Below, piece by piece: positions 24,923-37,332 of a stretch of DNA of 64,000 bases (positions are counted from its first letter, which is position 1; every line of letters starts with the position of its first letter). Source of the stretch: Octopus sinensis (taxonomy: Eukaryota); contig NC_043003.1 in NCBI RefSeq assembly GCF_006345805.1, positions 72,354,001 through 72,418,000 on the forward strand, given 5' to 3'. The translations under genes and the position numbers were made by a program. Under the pieces are notes generated by a model. That model was given only the letters and a program-made list of their open reading frames with translations. It made no database searches and was not told the origin of the DNA.

Positions 24923-25119
24923 CTTTTATGAGTTTCAGTCGTTTCGATTGCGGCCATGCTGGAGCACTGCCTTTTTGGTCGAAGAACTCGACACCTGGAC
25001 TTATTCTTTGTAAGCTTGGTACTTAATCTATCGGTCCCTTTTTGCCGAATAGGTAATTTATGGGGACGTAAACGCACCAACATCGGTTGTCAAGCGATGG
25101 TGGAGGGAACACACAGACA

Positions 25120-25174
<55 letters not shown>

Positions 25175-25324
25175 GTATGACGTGCCCTCTTTTAGTTTGC
25201 GTCTACGAAATCCACTCACAAGGCTTTGGTCGGCCTGAGGATATAGTAGGAAACACTAGCCCGGAACACTGGACCCGGAACCATGTGTGTTGGAAACAAG
25301 TTTCTCACCACACAGTCACACTAT

Positions 25325-25325
<1 letters not shown>
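24923..25325 (-). mobile_element. SINE family A
   Basis: Reverse complement match, with internal (CA)n(TA)n. Confidence 0.9.
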
Positions 25326-25367
<42 letters not shown>

Positions 25368-25769
25368 CGCGCGTGCGATATATGTTTTATATAAGTCCAA
25401 AACGTTGCTTTTTCAGAAAATGAAAAACAGTTTCAGCATTCTATAGTAAAACCGTTGAACTACACTTGGCATCTGAAGCAGCTTGGGATAGCTTGACCAA
25501 AAAACCGGCTATTGCGAGCAAAATTAAATATTGAAAAAAAAAACTGCATTTGGCCAAATTTGGGCATACGACAGTTTAGCATAATAGCAATGATGTATGT
25601 GTATATATATATATATACATGGGTGTGTTTGATTGTGTATAAAACAATATATTACTCAAAGAGATTCCAACTTTGTCTGATTTTCACATTTTATTTACAA
25701 TCTTATAATAATGTAATATAAGAGAATATAATATAATGAAATGATAGAATATTAAATGCCCATTCTGAT

Positions 25770-25814
25770 TGAACTAGTACTTTCATTCATTACACTGTGC
25801 AATCTTCAGGTTCA
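25770..25814 (-). ncRNA. Type I hammerhead ribozyme-like motif
   Basis: Minus strand: TGAAC-CTGAAGA-TTGCACAGTGTAATGAAT-GAAA-GTAC-TA-GTTCA. Perfect stem I, palindromic stem III AGTACT, irregular stem II. Confidence 0.7.
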
Positions 25815-26289
25815 TGTAGAAGTGGTGATAGTTATGTTTTACAATTTACAACTGTAGTGACATGGCTAAAGTGTGTGCCTTAAATACGTTTGTATAGGCT
25901 CCGAATATTAATTTTTGCAAACTGTATTCTGACCAATCAGTGTGTAGCTTTACTAAATTACTTAAGTTGATTGATCTTTTGTTTAGGTGTCACGGTTTGT
26001 TGGACATCTCAAGAGAACTGTATTTTGACCTTGGCCAAAGCAGTAATTTCCCGGGGAATTTTACGATTTAGTTATCATCTCCTTTGTTAATGTGGTCGTT
26101 GCTGTTATTGTTGTTGGTCGTGGTAGGTGTAGCTGTGGTAATAGAACTTTAGACCTCAAAATAAGATTATTTTTACGAACTTTTCTCTTGACTTAGCTAG
26201 TATTTTCCTGCTATCGTCATCATAAGCGTCTTATACATATGTGTGTGTATTTATATATATACATGTGTGTGCGTGTATATTGTTGCTGT

Positions 26290-26585
26290 TGTTTGTTCCT
26301 TCTCGATGGCTCACAAGGGCCGGTTTCCCGGTTTCATTGGCGTATAGGTTTCCTACCTGCACAGGACGTAGGTCCGTCGCAGGTGAGCTGCTAGATGCAG
26401 GAGGATAGAGTGAAAGAAGGTTGTGGTAAAAGAGTCAGCAGAAGTTTGCCATTATCTTCTGCCGGAGCTGCGTGGAGCTTAGGTGTTTCGCTCAAAAACA
26501 CACACATCGCCCGGTCTGATATTCAAACACGCAATCCTTCGACTGCGAGTCCTCTGCTCTAAATACTAGGTCATGTGCCTCCACT
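26290..26585 (-). mobile_element. tRNA-derived SINE related to family B
   Basis: Shares the head and GAGCGAAACACCTAAGCTCCACG with 8191-8490, but the tail differs. Confidence 0.75.
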
Positions 26586-26714
26586 TATATATATATAAGT
26601 ATGTGTGTGTGTGTGTGTGTGTGTGTAATGTGTATATAACTGTGGAATTTATAATGAAATTTGGGCAATAGATGATGAGGGACGTGCATATACACGTCCA
26701 TTGTGTGCGTGTGT

Positions 26715-26910
26715 TTTCCTGTTTCCCTGTCTGTGTTTGTCCCACCAACATCGCTTGACAACCGATGCTGGTGTGTTTACGTCCCCGTAACCAAGTGGTT
26801 CGGCAAAAGAGTACTGGGCTTAGAAAGAATGAATGCAGGGGTTGATTTGTTCGACTAAAGGTGGTGCTTCAGCATGGCCACAGTTAAATGACTGAAACCA
26901 GTAAAAGGAT
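26715..26910 (+). mobile_element. SINE family A 3' half
   Basis: CATCGCTTGACAACCGATGCTGG...GACTGAAAC. Confidence 0.88.
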
Positions 26911-26923
26911 ATATATAATATAT

Positions 26924-26969
<46 letters not shown>

Positions 26970-27083
26970 CATACATATGTGTATGCATGTGTGTGTTTGT
27001 GTCTGTATGTATGTGTATGCATATATTTATTTTTGTATTCATATAAGTATATCTGTATATGCATGGGTTGTGTATACACACGG

Positions 27084-27156
<73 letters not shown>

Positions 27157-27813
27157 TACATATAGACGCCCCACACACAAGCACACATAAAATGTAAAAA
27201 GTGGGGATAGCTTGGTTGGTGCGTAGGTAGATTGATAAATATATATTTTACCTGCTTGGCGTTCTACATATTCAATACACTAATGCTTTACAGTTTTACA
27301 TACTTAACATTGTAAGATAAAGAACTTTGGTGAATTAATTTGTCTTTGAAATTGCAAGACAACACAATCCATTAGTAGCTTTGAAATTCAGAAGAGAACA
27401 AGGGAAACAACTCCAATAATTAGAAAGGGATATAACTCTAATGATTATAGAACTTCAATACATATTGATCTCTAATATGATTGCTAAGGAGGTCTAATAA
27501 AGCTGAAACATATCCCTTACTTTCACCGGTTGAAATTACTGGAATTATCTCATATAGTTTTATCTTCCAGTTCTTTATAAAGAATTTACACACTCGTACA
27601 GAAAATTTTCGTTTTCTCCGAAGATTTTAACTCACTTTATCACATACGGAAGAGTTTACATATGATGTGTATACATTTCAATGAATGCATGAATGTGTAT
27701 ATATATATATATATTATATGGATGGATGGATGGGTGGATAGCTAGATAAATAGATAGATAGATAGATATACAGACAGAGAGACAGATGTAGATGCATACA
27801 GAGGGACATAATT

Positions 27814-27845
<32 letters not shown>

Positions 27846-27849
27846 ATTA

Positions 27850-28500
27850 CATAAAAAATACAAAATGGGACAAGAACGCAAAACAACCAGACAGATGATG
27901 CAAAAAAGGGATAAAAAAAATTCCATATAGATGATACAAAGAAAACAAGGTCGTGTTATTCGGAGTTTTATTTCCTCGGTCGAGTTCCAGATTATCTTTG
28001 CAATTTCGGCTGGTTATACTCGAGATTGCTGCAATCTGGCCAGCCCCAAGGAAAAACCAAGCTAAGAGCATTAGATTGCCTGGAAGAAAGCAGCAAATGT
28101 ATACGTAAACAAGGACGGAATAAAATGGAGAATGTTACACAAATACAAATAACAGGACATAAAAAGAGGTGTCTTTCGACTAAGGACGAATTAAATTAAG
28201 ATGGCGTGTGTGGAAGTAAAGCTTAACGGCAGGGATACAAGATATTACAGGTTCGGGGAGGAATATAGATGTTGCATGGATGTCGACCGAACCAAGAAAG
28301 GTCAGCCTTGGCCGAATACCGGTCACGTGGGGAGAGAAGAGAGAGAGGTAGAGGCAGAGCGACAAAAGAAAGAGGGGCGAGAAAAGAAGATAGGAACACA
28401 GTGAAGCGAAAAGAAGGAAAGTGAGCATGAAGAGTAGGCAAGGAAATGTGAGAGAGGGGGATCAAAAGAACGAAAAGTTGAATGAACGAAGTAAGTATAT
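27850..28500 (-). mobile_element. Non-coding pLTR-like element containing a rearranged hammerhead-like module
   Basis: The minus strand reads pyrimidine tract, CGCCATCTT, structured module, T-rich tail, (TA)n. This is the same layout as the PLE end at 1280-2200. Confidence 0.55.
27971..28054 (-). ncRNA. Candidate non-circularly permuted hammerhead ribozyme (five-helix pseudoknot)
   Basis: Minus strand: A TTTCC/GGAAA; B GGCTGG/CCAGCC; C CCAGATT/AATCTGG; D GCAAT/ATTGC; E TCGAGT/ACTCGA. AUC lies at the D-E junction, GAAA follows B' and CCGA follows E'. Confidence 0.65.
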
Positions 28501-28515
28501 ACATACATATATATA

Positions 28516-28551
<36 letters not shown>

Positions 28552-29783
28552 CAGGTAGGGAAGTAAAACTTTAATTAACAGTTACACTAATATTTCACAG
28601 CATCCGTTACATCTAATGATATGAAACCTAATGCAGAACAAAAAATACATTGTCAGCTAATGACGAAATCTTTTTTTTTTACAGGAATATTGGAGAATAT
28701 GACTGCGCCAAGGAGTATGTGATATGGTTCGTACACAAGTCGATCCGAGGAGGATCTCAAGCATAGTCGGAGTATCCTTACGTACAGTTTATAAAGTCAA
28801 GAAGAGAATGGACATGGGCAACGGCATTCAGAGAACGTCTGGCAACGATGGGACCAACAAGAAACGAAATCAAGACTTCATCAACACCCTCAAGTCCAAA
28901 ATTTCAACGGACCCAAGCACATCCGTGAGGAAACTGGCTTCTGAACTTTAAGTGAACCCCAAGACTATCAGAAAAGCTGTGAATGATGACTTGGGGCTCA
29001 CCAGGACACTGATACACATGTTGACAGAACCTATGAAGGCCAAGAGACCAGAGAGGTACAAAACGGTTCTCACATACCTCAAGAAGAACGGATCCACTGT
29101 GAAAATTTTCTCTGATGAGATCTTCACAGTGGCTGTCGTTGACAACCACAAAAACGACCTGTGCAGTGCATAGTCAACAGTTGACGTCAGCGGTACCTTG
29201 AGAACTAAACATCCAGCTCAGGTCATGGCCTTCGCTGTTGTGGCTTCCGACGGAAGAAAGATGTTCATCTACTTCTACAAGCCCGGAGAAAAGGTGGATG
29301 TTGACGCCTATTACAAGAAGTTGAGTTACCCTGTCTTGCATGGTTCAAGGCCAACTACCCGGAGCGCAACTATGTGTGGACCCACGATGGGATGGTGCTC
29401 TCAGCCATACTGCTTACTTTGCTGGTTTCTGGCCTGCGGACCTCTGGCCCTCTTCCAGCCCGGATCTCAAGCTTCTGGGCTATGCTATGTGGGAGCATTT
29501 TGGAGCACGCCACCAACAAAACCTCCCACCCCAACGTCAACTTTCTGAAAGCCGCCATCAATGAGGAGTGAACCAGGATGTCCAGTGACTTCGTGATGAA
29601 GAGTTGTGTGGGTTTTCGGGGCCATGTAGAGGCCGTAATTGTAAAGAATAGAAGCCACATAGAATAAATTATTCATTTTGTAATTATATGTAATTGTTAC
29701 TAACCTATTTTTGAATTACTAAACATTGCGCAATGGGAATTTCAAATGTTACAGCAATTTGGCAAGTTTTGATTCCCCACTAT
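28552..29783 (+). mobile_element. maT/DD37D-like Tc1-mariner transposon, decayed
   Basis: Imperfect TIRs CAGGTAGGGAAGTAAAACTT and AAGTTTTGATTCCCCACTAT. Motifs FSDEIFTV, TKHPAQVM and WPSSSPDLKLLGYAMW. Confidence 0.85.
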
Positions 29784-29784
29784 A

Positions 29785-30060
29785 TAAATCGACCCCAGGA
29801 CTTATTCTTTGTAAGCCTAGTACTTATTTTATCGGTCTCTTTTGCCAAACCGTTAGATTACGGGGTCGTAAATATACAAACAACATATACGACGTAAACA
29901 CACACACCTGTACAACGGGCTTCTATCAGTTTCCGTCTATCAAGTCCACTCACAAGGCTTTAGTCGGCCCGAGGCTATAGTAGAGGACACTTGCCTAAGG
30001 TGCCACGGAAGGGATTGAACCCGGAACTATGTGGTCGGAATTCAACCTTCTTACCATATA
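29785..30060 (-). mobile_element. SINE family A, partial
   Basis: Reverse complement match. Confidence 0.85.
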
Positions 30061-31309
30061 GGTCTCGTTGTTCATTTTCAATAAAATGAAATGAAATGTC
30101 TTGCTCAACAACATCCTCTTGATCCAAGAACATCATATTGCACACACAAACACACACACACACACACAAACACACGTACACACAGCACGCATACTCACAC
30201 ATACGCACACAAACACTGACACGCACACATGTGTGTGTGCATATGTGCGTGAGTGTGTGCGTACATACACATACGCACCCTACATACGTACATACATGTA
30301 CTCAAACGAGCAATGTTTATGAATGTCTTATGTATGGATATATCACGTGTGTGTGTGAACATGCATATATCTAAATATAATGTACATATGTGTGTATGTG
30401 TGTATACTTAAATATACAGGCACGCACACACATATACATATATAAAGGTCTATGCATACGCACATACACACACACACATATGTATGTATATATACATATA
30501 ATAGACACACACACACATACATATATCTCCGAACTCATATAGTATGTGTGTATCGAGAGTGTTTATTACACACATAAATATATGAATCTATGTATGTATG
30601 TATGTATGTATGTATGTATGTATGTATGTATGTAGGTAGGTAGGTAGGTATGTTAAGCACCCTACGTGTAAGCGCCATATGCTTTCTTCACGCTGACCTT
30701 TGCTCCAATACTCCATATGGTGCATACATTTCTAGATCTTATATATGGAATGGATGGCAATACATTTTCGTATCATTTATTTTATTTCTGCATGATTTTG
30801 TATTTTGCTTCCATATTGTTTAGATTTTGTTTTTTTTTCATTTTTTATATATATTTCTATCATTTTTTTTTTAATGTATCATTTCATTCCATCTGTTTTT
30901 ATAATAAACTTGTATTTATGTGTTTTCATGTTTTAGAGGTTCACTTCCATTTCTTGTCAAGGCTAATTGATTCTACACATGGTCTTCACTTTCTGCTTTT
31001 CACCTCACTAAGCTCTTCCATCATTTTATGTCAATTCATCGCCACCGTCATTTTTGGATGCATCTGCATTAACATCATACGTACATCTACTACATTTTCT
31101 TTCTCCTTGAACCATCGTTATGTCCCATTCGCAAACATATTCACACACACACACACACACACAAACATGCATAGACTACTACTATCGGCATCACCACCAT
31201 CATTATCAACATTTGCACACATACACACACGTGCGCACTCTGACAACATTGTCACTACTACTGACTGTCACCTTCTTAATCATGATACACCAATAACAAC
31301 AATATAGTA

Positions 31310-31405
31310 GATGTAGCAACAACAGCAGCAGCAACAGCAGCAGCAACAGCAGCACCAGCACCAGCACAAGCAACAGCAGCAGCAGCGGCAGCAGCACCAG
31401 TAGCA
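31310..31405. repeat. (CAG/CAA/CAC)n trinucleotide repeat
   Basis: Direct reading. No surrounding coding context. Confidence 0.9.
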
Positions 31406-31467
31406 ATGTTGTTAGAAGAGTAATAGCAGGAGAATAATCGATTTATAATTAACATCTATTAATAATA

Positions 31468-31655
31468 AGGCGGCGACCAGGCAGAATCGTTAGCATGGCG
31501 GGCCAAATTCCTTTACGTTCTGAGTTCAAATTCCGCCGAGGTTTACTTTGCCCTTCATCCTTTCAGGCTCGCTAAAATATGTATCAGTTGAGCACTGGAG
31601 TCGATGTAAGCAACTTACCCTGTCCCCGAAATTGCTGGTCTTTTGCCAAAACCAG
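31468..31655 (+). mobile_element. SINE family C (Meta/MESC-core-like); degenerate relatives near 46100-46250 and 55890-56000
   Basis: GAGTTCAAATTCC B box followed by a TTTGCCCTTCATCCTTTC core, shared with 57995-58198. Confidence 0.7.
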
Positions 31656-31746
31656 TTTAATATCTAATAATATTTAACAACAGGTGTACGGGTGTATGCG
31701 TGTAAGTGGTTTTGTGTATATATATAACATACACATATGTATTACA

Positions 31747-32655
31747 TCAGGTTGAGTAAAAAGTAGGCAACGTTTTGAACCATGTGTACCGTATAGAACA
31801 TACATCGTAAGACTGCATCGGATAGAAGTGGCTACGAGAGCTGAAGTGGAAAGGGCTCTGCGACCCATTTGGAAAGAGGTGGTCAGCTCGAAAATGTTTT
31901 AAACGATTTCATAGTGGAGGCCTAAAGGTCGTGAGCGTAGTGGACACCCATCTGTTATTGATGACAGTCAATTAAAGACCGTCATTGAAAAAGATCCACG
32001 AAAAACCACCCGAGAACTAGCAAAAGAACTTCAAGTTAGCCAGAAAACTGCCTGCTTCTATTTGCATGTGATCAGAGAATCAAAACAGCTCAACAAATAG
32101 GTATCACATGATTTGAATGAAAATCAGAAAATGCGCAGATATGAAATTTGCTCGTTGCCTCTCCGTAACCAGATCGATCCATTTTTCGATCGTACTGTAA
32201 GTTGTGATTAAAAGTGGATTCTGTATAATAAAAAAAAAACGTTCTTCGCTGTGGTTAGACCAAAATTAAGCACAGAAAACCTTCCCTAAACAATGCTCGA
32301 CCACACGTTTCACTAATGACACTCCAGAAGTTGAGGGAACTTGGATACGAAGTTCTTCCCCACCCAGTTTATTCCCCAGACCTTTCTCTTACCGACTACC
32401 ATTTTTTCAAGCACCTTGATGGTTTCCTGCGAGAGGAGTTCAAAAATCAAACTGATTCTGAAAGTGCATTCAAAGAGTTCATCAGCTCCAGAACTCCAGA
32501 TTTTTATGTTACCAGAATAAACAAACTTGTAACTCGTTGGCAAAAATGCGTTGATTATAATGGCACTTATTTTGGTGAATAAAATTTCCGCATTGTTGAA
32601 ATATATTGCGATGAATTTTATGTTTCAAAACGCTGCTTACTTTTACTCAGCCTGT
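31747..32655 (+). mobile_element. Internally deleted mariner with TIRs
   Basis: TIRs TCAGGTTGAGTAAAAAGTAGGCAACGTTTTGAA and its inverse. LPHPVYSPDLSLTDYHFF. Confidence 0.92.
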
Positions 32656-32719
32656 TGAGCATATAACATATAACATATATATATAGAGTAATAGAATGAA
32701 GAGAAACGAGTAAATGGTG

Positions 32720-32925
32720 AGTACAAAAGTACCTTCGTAATCACCATTAGACTCACACAACTCTTTCCGAATCTTCTGCACTGTCCTCAAATTGACATCC
32801 AAACACTCTGAAATATTTGTACTGAGATTCCGGCGCGAATGCCAAGCAGTACAGCATGTCGTTTCCAAATTTCTGGCAGAGCGAATTGTGTCATGGCGAC
32901 AATTTACCCATCCCACGCTGTATGT
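32720..32925 (-). mobile_element. Tc1/maT-like HTH fragment
   Basis: ISECLDVNLRTVQKIRKEL. Confidence 0.6.
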
Positions 32926-33109
32926 ATATATATAAATATGAGAGAGAGATTAGTATAAACACAAATGTATATTATAGTTCCTACGTGTGTTTCACTATTA
33001 TGACTGTTTGGAGCATGTGTTCCAGTTGTGTTTAGATGTTCAACGACAATGGCTTATTTGGGAGCAGTTAACAGTTTATTGCATTAAGTTACAGATAACT
33101 ATATATATA

Positions 33110-33480
33110 TTCTTCTATTATTTTACATGTTTCGGTCATTTGACTGCAGCCATGCTGGAGCACCGCCTTTAGTCGAACAAGTCGACGCCAAGACTTATTC
33201 TTTGTAAGCCTAGTACATATTCTATCGGTTCTTTTGCCGAACCGCTAAGTTGCAGGGACGTAAATACACTAGCATCGGTTGTCAAGCGATGGTGAGGGGA
33301 CAAACGCAGACCCACAAACATACACACACACATACATGTATATATATATGTGAAAGGCTTCTTTCAGTTTCAGTCTACCAAATCCACTTACAACGCTTTG
33401 GTCGGCCCGAAGCTATAGTAGAAGACACTTGCCCAAGGTGCCACGCTGTGAGACTGAACCCAGAACCATGTGGTTAGTAA
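33110..33480 (-). mobile_element. SINE family A
   Basis: Reverse complement match. Confidence 0.9.
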
Positions 33481-33499
33481 ACCTCTATTTGTTGTTATT

Positions 33500-35440
33500 A
33501 TATTTGTTCCTTTTGATGCTTGTATGGACTTTTTTCACTTGATCATTAACGGGTTTCTAGATGTAATATTTTTTATATTTTTGTCTATTCATCATACTTT
33601 CGTTGTTATCCAAATCATTCCTAGCTGGAGATTTAGCATTTTACATGTTATATTCTTTAATTAACTTGTTATGTCAATTGAAATTAACATGTAATGACGG
33701 TAAGATTTCTCATATTCCTTATTTTTGAAAAATACTAATCTTTCTTTGGCCTTCGGCGGGGATGATTCAGCTTTAATCAATGAATCCATTTCCTTATGGT
33801 GCCTTATAATGTTCAGCACTATCGTAAAATATTTGTTCATTAGCTGACAATTTAGATATTATAAGCAAAATATTTTTCTCTGTTTTATCTATAACAAATC
33901 TGGGATGATTAATTAGTTTGTGAATGTAGTGAAAGGTTTCGTTTGGTTTATGGTATGGAAACTAATAAATCACTACTTTGACCAAGAGTAACAATTAAAA
34001 AAATTTACTCTTTTTAGTATCATCACTAAAGTAGAAAAATTAGAATTTCCCAGTATTCCATTTAGTCATTTACGAAGCCTTTCTAAAGCAGAAGGTATCC
34101 ATTATTTTTAGTTAATAGAGCATCATCCCTGTATAGCCCTCTATCGAGTTATTGGAAATTATCTTTTTGTTGATGTACTATAGAAACAGTTTGACTTAGT
34201 CCGTAACTTGAGCTGAGTTCAATTAACCCATTCGTAAGCAAATCAAAGTAATCTTTTATTTCGTTACGGAGACATTCGTTGAAATTTGATGCGTTTTTTC
34301 TCGTCGTTTTAACGATATTGACATCAACTTGGTTTAGATGACATGCATAAGATCTGGTCATCAAATCTAAGTAGAGACTTCAAACTTGAAATATTCAAAG
34401 CCACAGTCGAACCAATTCTACTATATGGCTCAGAAACCTGGACGTTATCAAAGAAGCTTGAGAGGCGGTTGGATGGAACCTACACTCGCCTCCTTATGAG
34501 AGCTCAAAATCTCTCGTGGAAGCGCCATCCAACCAAAATGCAAATATATGGGAAACTACCACCTGTGTCATCTCTTGTGAAATGTAGGAGAGTCCAGTTT
34601 GCTGGACATTGTTGTAGAGCTGAAAAAGAAGTAATTTCTACTCTTCTCTTCTGGAAGCCATCTACTCGCAATACCAGAGGGCGCACACTCTCCTACCCTG
34701 ATGTAATCTCCAGGGATACAGGCATCCAGCAACAGGACCTCCGTAATGCCATGATGGACCGTGAAGTCTGGCGTAGCATGATAAATTCCATTGTCTCGAC
34801 CACGGTCGAACAATGATGATGATGATTGGTTTAGATTAGTGATTTTCGATGCGAATATACGAGATTTGCGTAGGAGAAATTGATCATTAGTACCAATGTT
34901 AAATCGAATGAAAGAAATAGTCTTTCTATTTTCAAACTTTTTATACCATAGAAGGACATTATCTATATTATCCAAAAGAGTATGTTGTACTTTTTCTATA
35001 ATTACAGGGATAACTTTATCTTTAATTCTACCCAAATGGAATTGGTAAGAAAATGCGAGTCTTATCGTTGGGTTAGCATTACCATTTTCTATGTTGTGTT
35101 TCAAGTTAAACTTTGGCTTTTTTTTTTCGTCTAAAAGGTTTAGTTCAGTCAGCCAGTTTGAATTTATTTGCTATTGTGGTTCGCTGGTCGTGTATATAGC
35201 AATTTACATACAAACTTCTCGCGGTATAGAAAGAATAGGGATATATCCCTGGTAGGAGATTAACTATTACCGAAAGTTTATTGCCTATACTTTTTCATAA
35301 GAGCACAAGAGAATATTTTCACATCGTAAGCATTCATAACAGCAAAATCATCTAAATAGATAACTGTTGATAATAATCCATATTACCCGAATTTGAATTT
35401 TACGCGGATATCTTAAGATTTTCCTAAATTTGTATACATT
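33500..35440 (-). mobile_element. Decayed Penelope-like RT, interrupted by an RTE insertion
   Basis: Minus strand: NPTIRL, VLLWYKKF...SFIRFNI, GLYRDDA (near 34130), RVNFFN, PYHKPN and YIHKLINHP. Confidence 0.8.
34340..34826 (+). mobile_element. RTE LINE 3' fragment with (GAT)n tail and 11-bp TSD
   Basis: ILLYGSETWTL...FAGHC...DREVWR. TTGGTTTAGAT occurs at 34329-34339 and 34826-34836. Confidence 0.93.
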
Positions 35441-35446
35441 ACACTC

Positions 35447-35790
35447 TGAAGACTTTTGCGGATTCCATGGACAGCGAGGCTCACCAATGGAGAAGTTCTT
35501 AAACAGATAAGGCCGAAAATGTCGCTAGAAGCTGGGATCACCAAGCGTAGATTGGCATATTTTGGTCATATTAGGCGGAGAGAATCCCTAGAGAAGGACA
35601 TCATGCTCGGAATGGTCAGTGGCAAGAGAGGAAGAGGCCGACCAAGAACCCGCTGGCTTGACACCATCAGGAGTGATACCGGAATGGACATGGCCAGTCT
35701 GAAGGAAGCGGCCCAGGATAGAACTGACTGGAGGACACTGATCCAACGAGTGACCGAGAGTCGACTTCGACTGAGCGGATAGAGAGATAT
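35447..35790 (+). mobile_element. RTE (BovB-like) LINE 3' fragment
   Basis: LRIPWTARLTN, LAYFGHI, SLEKDIMLG, GKRGRGRPRTRWLD and DRTDWR. Confidence 0.92.
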
Positions 35791-36586
35791 TTGTAATGCT
35801 GTTGATTATTTAAAAAATACCTTTTATAACAATACTTTTATTTCTGAAAGGTTTGTCATTGTGTATTCATCTAGAATCTTTACGAAATAACATTAGGCAT
35901 GGCTGTGTGGTAATAAGTTTGCTTCTCAACCCCATGGTTTTGGTTCAGTCCAACTGAGTGGCACTTTAGACAAGTATCTTCTAATATAATCTAGAACAAA
36001 CCGAATCCTTGTGAGTGGATTTGGCAGACGGTAACTGAAAGAAGCTCCTGCATTAAATATTTGTTGGTGTATTCTTGAGTCCTCGCGGATGATCCGTCGT
36101 GTAGAGTCCCTAGTCCCGATCAGTCCCCATTTCCGCGAGATACTTCCTCATCTGCTGTGACCATGTGACCATATGACATGTGGTCGATCAACACGTGCTG
36201 TCAATCCAGCAGGATTCACAGTGAAGAGGAAAACCGAGCAACATGACCAAACAGTCTGAGCCGGCGCTTCCGAATCATACAAGTGACATGACGCACACCA
36301 GTTTCTGAGTCGAGTCGTTGGATATGAAATCCGACTAATGATAACCCATAATCCCGCGAAATGTCCAGGTACGAAAAGAGTTCCTTTGCTACATGTATCG
36401 AAAGGAGTAAAAAAAATGTTGGTTTTATCTACATACGCATGCTAACGATCATATAGAAAGAAAGAAATTCCATAATATCATATATGTAATATAACTTGGC
36501 AGCTACATATATTTTATTGCTGTACACACATACACACACACGCATATACACACACACATACACACACAGACACACACACACTCACA

Positions 36587-36656
<70 letters not shown>

Positions 36657-37293
36657 CTCTTACGTGTACACACATATATTACGAAAGCAAGATGTACAAT
36701 AATTTCTTCTGCTTCGCGGAGCGAGGAGATAGCTTTGTTATGCATTAATACCTACATCGAACTTTAAAGTTAGCGTAGCGTATTCTCTGTCTCCCTAACA
36801 TAAAAATAGTAACTATTTCTTGAATTATACTCTAAATTCAATACAGTAAATTTTCGTGATGAAGTGGAGATCATTTAGTCTTTTGTTTTTGGTTATATAT
36901 ATATTTACGATTGCAATCTGAGAAAGAACTGCCTATCTCGCCTTCATAGACAAGACGTCCCTCATCTATAAGTATCTAAATATTAATGACTGAGAAGAAT
37001 GTTATTTTTATTCTCACATCTTGTACACTTACGCGTAGCGAGTATTTATTTAGGCAGTTTCAGTTTGTGCATGTGTGCATATATTTCCCTGTCAGGCTTA
37101 ATGTTATTATTAATAAGTTTGTTTATTTCAATATGTGAGAATGCGTCAGTGTTTACGAATATATGTCTGAGTGTCAGTGTATTTACGCATTTCTATTTCT
37201 TTATTCATACAAAATAAGCGTATGTATACAAATATGAATTGACCTAGAGGCGAAATAACTGCACTCACATCAACAGAAGCAAGTATGAACACA

Positions 37294-37332
<39 letters not shown>

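Noticed and set aside
27480-27520. CTAAGGA...GCTGAAACATATC HHR-like spacing
   Set aside because: G5 is missing and stems I and II are not convincing.
27971-28054. HDV-like or twister ribozyme interpretation of the pseudoknot
   Set aside because: Helix order and junction residues do not match HDV (P3/L3, catalytic C) or twister. The unpaired residues fit hammerhead better.
31206-31406. Poly-Gln/poly-Leu exon candidate
   Set aside because: A trinucleotide repeat with nearby stops and no supporting splice or coding context.
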